Assembly (NCBI GenBank): GCA_950097015.1
Contig: CATNEN010000038.1
Coordinates: 868,001-932,000, forward strand
DNA length: 64,000 nt
Reading direction: 5' to 3'
From: Macrostomum hystrix
Lineage: Eukaryota > Animalia > Platyhelminthes
Below are positions 48,157 to 59,080 of this stretch, piece after piece. The translations under genes were made by a program, and so were the position numbers. Numbering within the stretch: the first letter of the stretch is position 1; the number at the start of each line of letters is the position of its first letter. The notes under the pieces are model-generated. The model searched no databases. It saw only the letters and a list, made by a program, of their open reading frames with translations, and was not told the origin of the DNA.

Positions 48157-49329
48157 ATGGAAAATCCTTCAGGCAAGAAAGAGGCATTGCCAAACGGAAC
48201 GGACATCAAGGCGCTGATGGCCCGTCTATTTGTACTGACTGATCAAGAGGCTGAAAAATGCACAACTGTTGGAGCAGAAATGACGGGCAAAACTGGATCG
48301 CTCAGTTTTAGAAGGAAAATCACTGTTGAAAAGAAGGGCAAGACTTTGAAACTGTTTCTTAAGTACAGCGATCGAGGCCGCCATGATCTTGGCCAATTCA
48401 AGGACTTCAGCGACCACTTCTGTCCGCGCGAGTGTCTCTTCTACGGCTGCTTCGCGCCGCTGCTGGAGCGGACCGCCGCACAACTCGGAATCGGCAGCAT
48501 CGGACTGCCAACCGTGCACAAGGAGCTGGTGCAGCCCACTGGCACTATCATTGTGATGGAGGACCTCGGCGAGGCAGGCTTCGAGCTCGCCCCAGCCGTG
48601 ATGAACGCAGACGAGGCCCGCTGCATCCTGTCGAGTCTGGCTCGAGTGCAGGCCGCGTTCTGGCTCACGAGGGCTCGGCTGGGTTGCCATGCGGATGCTC
48701 TGTTCGGCCCGGCCTCGCCAATGCGCGATGCCTTCCGATCTTTGGCGGACATTGGTACCAGCATCGATGAGATGCTCTCCAGTGGCCTAGTTCTCTTTCG
48801 CCGCGAGTTTGTTAAGCACCTGAATTGCGAGAAGCGAGTAGCCATTATCAACGCCTACTTGAGTAATGACTTCATGGACAAGGCTCAAACGGTCATAAAG
48901 TCGAGTCTGGAGGAGACCGAGGTTGTTGGTGTAACTCACTCGGACTTGTGGCACAACAACTGCATGCTGCGCAGGGACGCGGAAGGGCAGCCTCTGGAGT
49001 GCCGCCTGATCGACTGGCAGGCCTTTGGTATCGGCTGGCTCACGAATGACATTGGCCCGTTCTGGTTATGCAGCATCCGGAACGAACTCGTCATAAAGGA
49101 GTTCATGGCTTGCGTGGACTTCTATCACCACACTGTGCAGTCTGCGTACGAAAGCGCACTGGCGGAGAAGTTCCCGGTCACCTTGGACCAGACCAGGCGG
49201 CAGGCTGTGCAGTCGCTTAATTGGGGGGTCGTTTGGATGGTCATGTACGCCGATTTTCTCGGCACGTTCTCGGCGGTAGACAATTTGCTGGCAAACATGG
49301 CAGACTTGATTTGGCACTTTAAGCTTTGA
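48157..49329 (+). CDS. EcKL/CHK kinase-like protein, paralog 2
   Basis: Intronless ORF collinear with paralog 1, with THSDLWHNN and LIDWQ. An acceptor-like TTGTTTCAG lies just upstream of ATG 48157. Confidence 0.85.
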   Translation: MENPSGKKEALPNGTDIKALMARLFVLTDQEAEKCTTVGAEMTGKTGSLSFRRKITVEKKGKTLKLFLKYSDRGRHDLGQFKDFSDHFCPRECLFYGCFAPLLERTAAQLGIGSIGLPTVHKELVQPTGTIIVMEDLGEAGFELAPAVMNADEARCILSSLARVQAAFWLTRARLGCHADALFGPASPMRDAFRSLADIGTSIDEMLSSGLVLFRREFVKHLNCEKRVAIINAYLSNDFMDKAQTVIKSSLEETEVVGVTHSDLWHNNCMLRRDAEGQPLECRLIDWQAFGIGWLTNDIGPFWLCSIRNELVIKEFMACVDFYHHTVQSAYESALAEKFPVTLDQTRRQAVQSLNWGVVWMVMYADFLGTFSAVDNLLANMADLIWHFKL

Positions 49330-50763
49330 TGAATTTATACTTTACTCTGAGTTTCAATTCGGACAATATTCCCATGTCTCAGTAAAACCATATTTTCTAA
49401 TGTTCGAAAAGACATGAGCACTTTTATTTTCGTGATTTGTGTCAAAAGCTATTTTTACGGATAGCTTAAATTCTAGTTTTGAACTGATTCCTAACTGATT
49501 CATTCAAATGTTACATTGTTGCTATAATAACTATTCTGCGATAGTGGCGTTGTTTTATAAAAGATTCCCAACTGTACAAATCAAACCTTGGCTTACACTT
49601 GAATACAAAGAGTTACATTAGATAAGACCACCGTGAAAAATAACGAAAATGTTTCTACCCAAGAAAACTAGAGAATTCTTTAGAACATTATTGCGCGTAC
49701 ATATCGCCATGTTTTAAACAGCCCTGCTTGCAAGTCTGATTCTGTATGCCTGGCTAGGTGTTCCTTGAGGAACTGCGATCCAATCAGAATAAGATTTGAG
49801 CTGTACCGTGCTCATTCTCAAATCGGACAGATTCAACCAAAAATAAGGTGTCGCAGCCAGCAGGGCACCCAGAATACAGCGAAGTGCAGGTATGCCGAGA
49901 AATGAACTGATAAGTCATGCAAAATTGTCTACAAAAGAAAAAGAATTGCTGCAATGAGAATTAACGATTTACAAAATCCAAGTGGATTCACACTCACACA
50001 TGGACTGGCCTGGACGGTGTGTTATCGCACTTTTTATCTGTCTAGCCTCGCATTCACTGAGCTCGCACAGTTTTCTGATAAAATCTAAAAACTGCTCTAA
50101 TAAAGCAAAACTCGGCTGTGAATTGAATACGGCTAAATTGCAAAATACGGCATTGAGACCCGTGCTAATTAGCCGTTCCAGTAAACTAAATAAGTGACAA
50201 CAAATAAGCATTTCAACACTTTCACGGGCTTTCGAAAAATAAAATTGACAATGGAAACAGTTTAAAAGTTGAGAATAATAAACTAGAATAAATTAGAATA
50301 ATACTCTAATTTCCATGGCCAAGTTTGTGACTTTCACGTTACTGCAACGTTTCCAGTACTTCCCTCGGAAAGAGTACTTTCGAGGCACTAGTATAATCAC
50401 AATGTACAACACGCACTTGGATTTAATAGCATATGGAGGCTTCCCTCGTTGCATGAGTGCCACACCAAAACTTGCAGCTATCCTTAAGGCGCAAGGCACA
50501 GGCAGGAGTTGGAGCTGGATCGGAACTGGATGAACAGAAACTAGCTTCTGCCATTCAAACTTCCATTGGCTGCCAACGCACAGGGGAGTGCAGCCCACCA
50601 TCTAACGGCCGCCGGCTAGCCGACACTTCCACTAGTCAAAAAATACTCGGCTAGCCGGGTGATTCCACGTGGACCCACGGGGGGCTAGCCTTACTGGCGG
50701 TGGCCTTGGGGGAATTGCATTCCTAACCCACGTGCATGTAGTAAGAAACTATATAAATAACTT

Positions 50764-51696
50764 ATTTCCAAACATATAGGGAAGCCATTTTTACGGCGTA
50801 GTGTAGAATAACTTCGACTAAGTAGCTCAATGAGATACATGAGATACATACATGACAAGGCCATTTTTCAAAAGAAACCAAACTAGAATCCTTGTCCCTA
50901 GAACTCAAAGAACTCGATATGGAAAACTCTTGCATAATGAATTATAGCTTTTTGGCTAGAACGGCAAGAACTATATACAACACAGGCATATATGCATTTT
51001 AGAAATGAAATAGATGACAGATTAATAGAAAGGAGGAATGAAAAGAAAAAATGACAAAAAGTGAAAAAGTTTTATTTCGTCAATTACAAAAATCAGTAGT
51101 GGTTGGTAATCGAGCTAGGGACCTTCCGCATGCGAGGATTCAGCGCTACTCAACAATCTACACAGACTTAATACAAGTGAAGGGAAAAAATATTATTATA
51201 CTGGCTGGCCATAACACTAGCCATTTCTAGACATTTCCAAACATATAGGGAAGCCATTTTTACGGCGTAGTGTAGAATAACTTCGACTAAGTAGCTCAAT
51301 GAGATACATGAGATACATACATGACAAAGCCATTTTTCAAAAGAAACCAAACTTGTCCCTAGAACTCGAAAGAACTCGAAGCAGTGGCGAACGAATTTCG
51401 TATATGGAAAACTCTTGCATAATGAATTATATCTTTTTGGCTAGAACGGCAAGAACTATAATACAACACAGGCATATTATATGCATTTTAGAAATGAAAT
51501 AGATGACAGATCAATAGAAAGGAGGAATGAAAAGAATAAATGACAAAAAGTGATAAGTTTTATTTCGTCAATTACAAAAATCAAATGTAATTGGTAATCG
51601 AGCTAGGGACCTTCCGCATGCGAGGATTCAGCGCTACTCAACAATCTACACGGACTTGATAGAAGTGAAGGGAAAAAATGTTATTATACTGGCTGG
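50764..51696. repeat. Tandem pair of ~465-bp units, each with an antisense tRNA(Ala)-like segment
   Basis: ATTTCCAAACATATAGGGAAGCC starts at both 50764 and 51233. The reverse complement of 51105-51167 and ~51593-51655 reads ...CTCGCATGCGGAAGGTCCCTAGCTCGATT..., a degenerate tRNA-like anticodon and T arm. Confidence 0.8.
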
Positions 51697-53092
51697 TAGA
51701 AAGCCCAACTTAAAAGTTCTTTATCGTTCTTAATCGTTCTTTCATTCTTATTTATTCTATACCGTAACAGTTGAACCTAAAATCTGTAATTTAGAAGATA
51801 CAAGAGAGAATAAGTATACAATTATAAATATAGGAATGAATAAGTAGAAGCTAGGTATGTAAGTATGCATAATTTAAAAATTTGGCGCGTTCCGATGCAC
51901 AAGATTGAGATTCTAAATAGAGGAAGAGGGACTGTGTTTCGTACATTAATAAGGTAATAGTTTGGTATCTTATCTCCCTCCCGAGTTCCGGCCAACAAAT
52001 GAATTAGTAATGAATTTCGATTGCTAGGGACCATTGAAAGGTTACACGATCGATCATAACCAATTGTGAATTATTTGATATTTTTTGTTTTCTGCAATCT
52101 AAATTCGAAATTTATTCATATACATTCTGTTTTTATTAAACGTTGCTTCATTTTGTGTTCATATGTGTTTATTTTGGTACGTCCCAATTCCTTCACGCAA
52201 ACTAAACTCCCGGACGATAAAATGTTACGTAAACACGTTAAAACAAAACAAACGCTAAAAACAAAACGTAGAATTAGTAAAAAATCTCATTTTATTGCAC
52301 AAAAATTAAAATTGCTTTAACAGTTTTTAGTTACAGACAAGCGCTTTATTGACTTGAAATTTAAATTTTAAATTACAGTTTTTGCGGTTGTTTTATTCCT
52401 ATCCAATATTCTATCCTATTCTATTGTAGTATAACTGGGTTTGAAGGCCGCGAATTTAAACAGTTTTACTACAGCAATTTAACGTCTTCAGTTTACACGC
52501 CGCGCCGCGCCTTACACTTACAATCGATTGCAGCGCGCTTTTCAAACTGGTGCGATTATATTTTAATTAGACAACGATTAAAATAATTTATAATTAATAT
52601 TTGCATTATTTTCAAGGGTCATAAAAGTAGAAATTAATAACATAATAATGTTATTTGCAATCGCTATAGTTACTGTATAGCAACAATTAAATATTTAGCG
52701 CAATTTTAAAAGAACATTTCCAGCCGCACTACACTATGCTATCCTAAACCGATTAGGTTACTTGTGTTAATTATCTACTGATACTACTACTAGATAATAG
52801 ATCTATTCTTAAATCTTTAATTTATTTTGAAGTCTCAGTCAAAAGCATTGCGATTTTTTTGTCGCAGCGCATTTTTATTGCAAAATAGTAAATATAAAGT
52901 TTCTAATTAATTTAGATTAAATCGTCAAATTAGCTATTTGTTAACGTAAGTATGACCGTCAGTGCTTTCTATTCACTCATATTTTCCTTAAATATGTTGC
53001 CCGTAGTTGTATAGACAACTAATATAATTAATAATTTTTTATTAACCATGCTTCCAGGGCCTAGCTGTGTCCCATAGGAAGTGCTAATTCAC

Positions 53093-53195
53093 ATGGTCCT
53101 ATGCTGATAATTTCAATTTTATCTACGTGGTCCTATGCTGATAATTTCAATTTTATCCACGTGGTCCTATGCTTATAATTTCAATTTTATCCATA
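53093..53195. repeat. 34-bp tandem repeat x3 (TGGTCCTATGCTGATAATTTCAATTTTATCCACG)
   Basis: Seen directly. Confidence 0.85.
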
Positions 53196-54089
53196 TGAAT
53201 CCATGCTCAAAATTTATGCTTATCTGCTGGTGTTTTGTTTTGCAATCAGTCCTAAAAACAGTCTAGCTGGCTGCCTGCATCGATCACCCTCAAACTGCAG
53301 CCAATTAAACCTGCCACAGAAAATGAATTCCACTGAGCAATGTAGAGAGCCTGGCACTTGCTGTCACAGCTAAGACCTGTGATTTCCTTTGGCAAATCAA
53401 AATCCCTCTGGGCTTTTAGACAGACAGACCCATCAATTGAAAAGGCAAGAATCTCATAACTTTAGTCTCCATGTAAAACGGAACAAAAAGGGAGCCTCAC
53501 AGTGATATCACCTGCCAATTCTCTCTCACTAGCTGGCCTGAAGAATCAGCAACAAAAGTTTTAGTGTTGGAGCACAATGCAATAAATCTAGGATTGCCTA
53601 GACTTTCCAGCTCACCAGACTGGAATAAACATAATCCAACAATCATATGTACAAAAACATTCAAGACACAATAGTTTTTTGATGACTATAGTTGGTTGTA
53701 GTGTCTCAAACAAACTTTTCTTGTACAACACTTAAGCATGCAGATAACGCCTATGCCATATCTATCCATAGTGTGGATCATGTAGTGCAGACAAGAATTT
53801 TCCTGTGTGTATTTTCAGAAGTGGCATGCAGTGGTGTACAAATTGGTCAGTGGCCTGCATAATGCACACTACATAATTACACTGGCATGGCAATGTTGCC
53901 AATGCATTTATGCATGCAGCAAAAAACATATTCAACTTTTTTTTAAATCTATTGTATATTAACAGTATAAATAGAGAAACAAAAATTAACATTTGTCTCC
54001 ACTTGATTTGTGTTGCCTATGGATGAGTTAGCTCTATGTAGCAATGTATGCAGTGCGCTGCACGTGGCCTACATCTTGAATGTGCATTG

Positions 54090-54400
54090 ACTTCCAAATT
54101 GCAGGTACTGCTTGACTGTTTTCACCTGCCTGTGACCAGTCACTTTACAGATATTGGCATTTGAGTAACCAACATCAGAAAACTCCTTGCAGAGCTATTG
54201 CTGCGGCTGCCTCATGGAATGGTTGGAGCAGCAAATCAAACATGTCGACACCGGTGACGCCCATCTGAAGTGGTCCCAGACCCTCTGACTTGGCCACCAG
54301 CTGGAACACGTCCATGGCGGCAAGAAGGTCGCTGCTGTTAGCGGCCTGATTATGCGAACATCCGATGGGATTCCAATTGCTCTAACAGACATTTGACATT
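54090..54400 (-). pseudogene. Crypton-like tyrosine-recombinase C-terminal relic
   Basis: The minus strand reads CSNHSMRQPQQ*LCKEFSDVGYSNANICKVTGHRQVKTVKQYL in one frame. This shows the HxxR, TGH and catalytic Tyr (9 residues after His) pattern of Crypton-type YRs, interrupted by a TAG at 54195-54197. Confidence 0.65.
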
Positions 54401-54579
54401 GTTCTAAAATAAGAAAATGCAATGAAATTTACAGAATTTTATCATGTAGTCTAAAAATTTACTGCAACATGCTAACAAAATATGTGTTAAATTATATTCA
54501 CCTCATTGAAATTGGAAGGAAATCCATGGAAGTAAAGACGAAAATTTTCAAAGTCGTTTCTGAAATATTTGTTTTTATA

Positions 54580-55537
54580 CGTAGGGTGTCCCAGAAATAG
54601 CGGGAAAAATCGATGCACAGGCAAACTGGTGCAACATAGTTTATTGAAACTTACGTCACTGATATATAAACATCCAGCAGTTCTAATGCTTTTTAAATCA
54701 AGTAAATATGTCAACTCATTAAAAAGTTTTAGCTAAAATTAGAACAAGGGGTAAGGGGTAGAGTTACACCAAGTCAAGGCCAGCGGAATCGGTCACGCAG
54801 CATCGCCATTGCTGACCTACTTCTTTGACTTAGCGGCAGGGAGCCTCCATGACAGACGCAGCGAGGAGGCGGCCGGTGCCGCCCATATCGCTAACCCCTG
54901 GCAGCATCGCCATCGCCGTCGACTGACGACTTTTCGACGAAGTCCCCCTTAGCTCGCAGCACTTAGTCCATCGCGTGAGAAGCGCATTGATGGCATCTGC
55001 ATAAGCTCGACGCGGAATTTCGTGCAGCAGAACCCGCCTGAATTCACCTTCCAAGTTGTCGCGATGGTCAAAGATGCGCCCCCGCAGGTGCTTCTTTAAC
55101 TGAGGGAAAATTGCGTAGTCGCAAGGAGCTAAGTCTGGTGAGTAGGGTGGGTGCGCAAGCAGATCAAAATTGAGTTCGTTGATACGATCAAGCGTTTTCT
55201 TGGCCGTGTGAGGTCGAGCGTTGTCGTGCAACAGGAGGTGAGGCTTCATCGCAGCCCTGCGCTTGTTGCGGATGTCTGATTTCATCTTAGTCAGCGTCTC
55301 CGTGTACCGGTCCGAGTTAACCGTGCTGTTAGGCCCAAGGAAGTCGATGGTCAGGGTTAGACCCAGAAGGGTCAGGTCAACCTTCTTGATCGAAGAAAAG
55401 GGTCAGCATGATCTTCTTGCAGTGCTGGTCTCGCTTCGCTTTCACAGGTGGATCTGAACCCTTCAACGCCCACACCTTGCTTTCTGCTTGGTCTCAGGGT
55501 CAAAGTGCGGTATCCAGGTTTCATTGCCGGTCACCAG
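54580..55537 (-). mobile_element. 5'-truncated, frameshifted mariner (D34D) transposon
   Basis: Motifs LVTGNETW (first catalytic D mutated to N), HDNARPH and YSPDLAPCDY, with 34 residues between the last two Asp. The 3' TIR is TA|CGTAGGGTGTCCCAGAAA at 54578. The N-terminal HTH region and the other TIR are missing. Confidence 0.9.
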
Positions 55538-56312
55538 ATAGGGTGTATCTGGTATTCGCTCGTATTTTAAGCGAATTTTTTTGAAGTTCTGTAAATTCTG
55601 TAAATTACCGAACTAGGCTACAACAAGCAAAAACAATTACAGTTTAGCATATGATAGCTGCCTAAATTCCTGATGTACATAAATATATATCTCGGCTCCA
55701 TTAGTAAAAAAACACTAACCTGGCAGTTCAATCGCCCAACAGGCTACCTCCTGCCGCATTCATTTGAGCTGAAATTGGTAGGGATATTATACTCAAATCG
55801 CCAGAAGTATAATATCGCCAACTTAAATACTAACGTTAGTTTCCCTTTTGATTAGTCAAGATTAGTAAACATAGAAGCACAGCCGTTAATTGGCTGCGAA
55901 CTTTTAATATCTGATTCAATATTGGGAACACTTTGAACTGCAGACTTCACCTCTAAGTTGTTTAAAGTACTTATTGGTCTCAGTTGCTGCAAGCTGTTGA
56001 AACATGGCACAATGATTTCAACCGCTACAACATATTGAACAGAAACTACTTAAAAATAAATGAAAACGAAAAGTAATAAATTCCAGATCTACCTATCAAT
56101 CAGACGAGCCAAGAGCTTTCACCTTCAAAGGCATTTTCCGGTAGATTATTTAACTCTTAGTCGTTATGATTATATTATTATATATTTTGCGGTGCCCTAA
56201 AGTAGTGGATACAAATAATAAGGATTCAAATAGTCCTGGTCAAACATGATATTTGTTGCATTATTAAACTTCATTAAATCAAATTAAAGTAAGTACATTT
56301 TACTTATTTCAG

Positions 56313-58995
56313 ATGTACCGTTTTAAAACCCTGAAGAAAACACGCAAGGTAACTTACGTTTCTGGCCTGCGTGGACGACCAAGATCAACAAAATACTCTG
56401 CCGGTAAAGACTGTTGGAATCAACATAGTGCTAAATCTGCAGTTCAAAACACTTCTGGCACGTCCAGTTCTGTTTTTCAAGAAGCAGATTTCGACTTTGA
56501 AAGTTCGTCCGATTGCTTTATCGAGTGGGAAAATTATGATTCATTTGTTGAAAATTGTTCACCGAGTTATCGGAAGTCATTTATTTTGAGCCAGTGCATA
56601 CGCTGCCGAGAAAACCAAGGTATTTTTCGCTGTATAACCTGTAACGTGGATCTATGTGCTGACTGCAAGGAAGTAACTCATGGAGATTTCGTTGCTCATA
56701 AATTTCTACTCTGGAATGTAAGCAAACCTACATATATTTAGTGATCTTTAGCTCATAAGTGCACTTTTTTAAACGAAACAAGAAAAAAAGATCTCAACAG
56801 CAATTTTAGCAATCTATGCCAATCAAAAATGTAAACTAAAATGTAACTTCCTCCCGCAGATCGATCTACTGATGTTTAGTGAGGAAACTTCCGGGGCAGC
56901 CATATCTTTTCCAAAACTTTACTGCTGTAATGACTGTGCGAGAGGCAAAGTATTTAATGCAGCGAGCAACGTGCAGTTAATTAACATAACCGGAAGCGGC
57001 CAGGCAAAAGTTTTTACATGTGCAGCATGCGACACCTGTTGTGCTTTGCTGTCTCAGGGCTACTTCCCAGCAACGGCTTCATCAGATGGCGAATGTTTAA
57101 CTTTTTTTTTCCTTTAGTTTCCTTTCACTTCTTGATTCAATGTGCATGGATGGACAGTTGCCTATGCATAGAGCAATTCACTCATTCTTTAAGGGCACAG
57201 TCGTGGGACAAGGTTGCTGGAGTCCAGACTTAGCGAAGAGTGTCTACCAACGTATTCAGCGGTACGGTGTACTTTTGCGCTTTCGCGAGTTGCAAAACCA
57301 TAATTCATGTTGGCCAAAAACATGCCTAAGTTGCCCAGAAAAAAACTCTAAACGCAAGACTGTTCTATGTGGTGATGGTCTCTTCGGTTGGCAGCAATTT
57401 GCAGCGTCGGGTGGAAAGCAGAAGGATTTACCAGGTGATGGTCGTATTTTGCCTGAACCTCTTATTTACGTAGATGGAAATTCTCAACAAGGTTCTACTG
57501 TCCATCATCCTGAGCCTGACAGTTGTCCTAACTGGAGAGCTGGTAGTACAACTAAAGAGACCTCGAGAGGTGCCTCACGGAACAACGTCTATGGATTCTT
57601 TGGTCTGTTCTGCAGACACAATAGGCTTGTGACAGGGTGTAATATAAATACTCCAGGAGAGCGTCTTTGCTATCCAGAGGAATGCCTGCTTCATTATTTA
57701 AAAACGACGCCAGTGTCAAAGCATCTACTGTTTATTTATGACGTTGGTGAGTAATCCGATTTAACATGCGTACAGTTTAAATCATATCATTATAATTCAT
57801 ACTTCGTGCAAAATATTTTTAACAGTTTTCCAAAAAATATTGAAAGTGGCATAAAAAGTTTTCTTGCTCGAATATACTCGAAATCGTTTCAATTTCAGGT
57901 TGTCGTGTCTCCAATCGGGTCAAGTCTATCGTTGCACAGTCCGGGGCTGATGTCCATAGCAGCATGTGTGCTGTTAATGCGTTTCACGTCCTTGGACATA
58001 AAACTAGCTGTCAGCTGAATTTATCCGTACGCGTTACTCCGGGAGCTGGCTTGTGTGACGGTGAGCATTCTGAACGAGCCTGGGCTGCCTTAAGACCGTA
58101 TGGAAAGTTTTTTAAGTACATGCGGAATGATCGGAGGACAATGTCCATATCCCATATTTTACACAATTTCAATGCTCAACAACTTTTAAATGCACATGTG
58201 TGGTTTGCGCAAAGGTTGAAATTGATTACAACTACCTCTACAGCAATAAAAAACGAAATTCAAGCTCTAATGCATGAAATGGCTGTCTTAAAAAATTCTG
58301 GTTGTATTGACACTCGCTTTGACGTATCGGATGAGCAGATTCTGGTCTTAGGCCAGCAATGGCATATGGAATCAATTTCGGGTCACGCCTCTCTTGAAGA
58401 AGATACGCTGGGCTCTTTAAGGTCAGTTGCCACTCAAAGAATATATTGGCTTAGAGAACTTGGTACTTCCACAGGTCAAAGTCGAACAAAAAGTTGTGCT
58501 CGTAGAGTTTTTAGTCTAACTTCGGAAATGCAGAAACTCTATTCCAAATAGATGCCACAAAACGATAGACCAACTTTTACAGAACTTCAAAACCCTAAGC
58601 ATAGCTTCTATTCCGGAATTGCTAAAAACGATTTTACAGGAAGCTTTCGTAGACGCGCCATTGACGTAAGTCATAAAAAATAGAGGCTTGATGAGGAAAA
58701 AAACTTTCTTTTTGATGAATGGCGTGATATTCAGAAGCGTATTCAAGAGCATTGTATAACTTTAGAAGGTCAACCAGGTCTACCGGCACACTTTCACCGA
58801 CTGTTTCAGATTATTTACCGGCAAATTGAAAGTGTCCCTATAGCAATGCTCTCAGTCAACCAAGACTCAATCCAAAGTTTAACTCCCACGGTTGACAGTT
58901 TAGACAAAAATGATTCTAACGAACGACTGGACGATCTAGATAACTCATTCAATTCAGCATCAGATGATTCTGATGATGACGAGACCGCGTGTTAA
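56313..58995 (+). mobile_element. Spliced CxC + KDZ (Kyakuja-Dileera-Zisupton) transposase gene, lightly disabled
   Basis: Exons 56313-56717, 56860-57746 and 57899-58995. Cys clusters: CIRC...FRCITC...LCADC...H...HKFLLWN and CAAC...LLSQGYFPAT. KDZ core: CGDGLF, FCRH, YDVGC, NAFHVLGH..SCQ, GAGLCDGEHSERAWAAL. The C-terminus has RLDEE..FL.DE and an acidic tail. Lesions: +1 in the T9 run (57102-57110) and in-frame TAG at 58549 and 58681. Confidence 0.85.
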
Positions 58996-59080
58996 ATATA
59001 TATTAGCAGCTAAGTGCATCAAACCAAAAAGTCTCATAATATTTAAGTCAAAATGCAACACTTAACTATTAAGTATCTGC

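Noticed and set aside
45908-49317. Long antisense ORFs over the kinases (and similar ones over other GC-rich exons)
   Set aside because: They are shadow ORFs expected from GC-rich codon usage and show no recognisable motifs.
57089-57117. Tiny GC-AG intron rescuing the KDZ frameshift
   Set aside because: Splicing it does not restore the frame, whereas a single-T deletion does.
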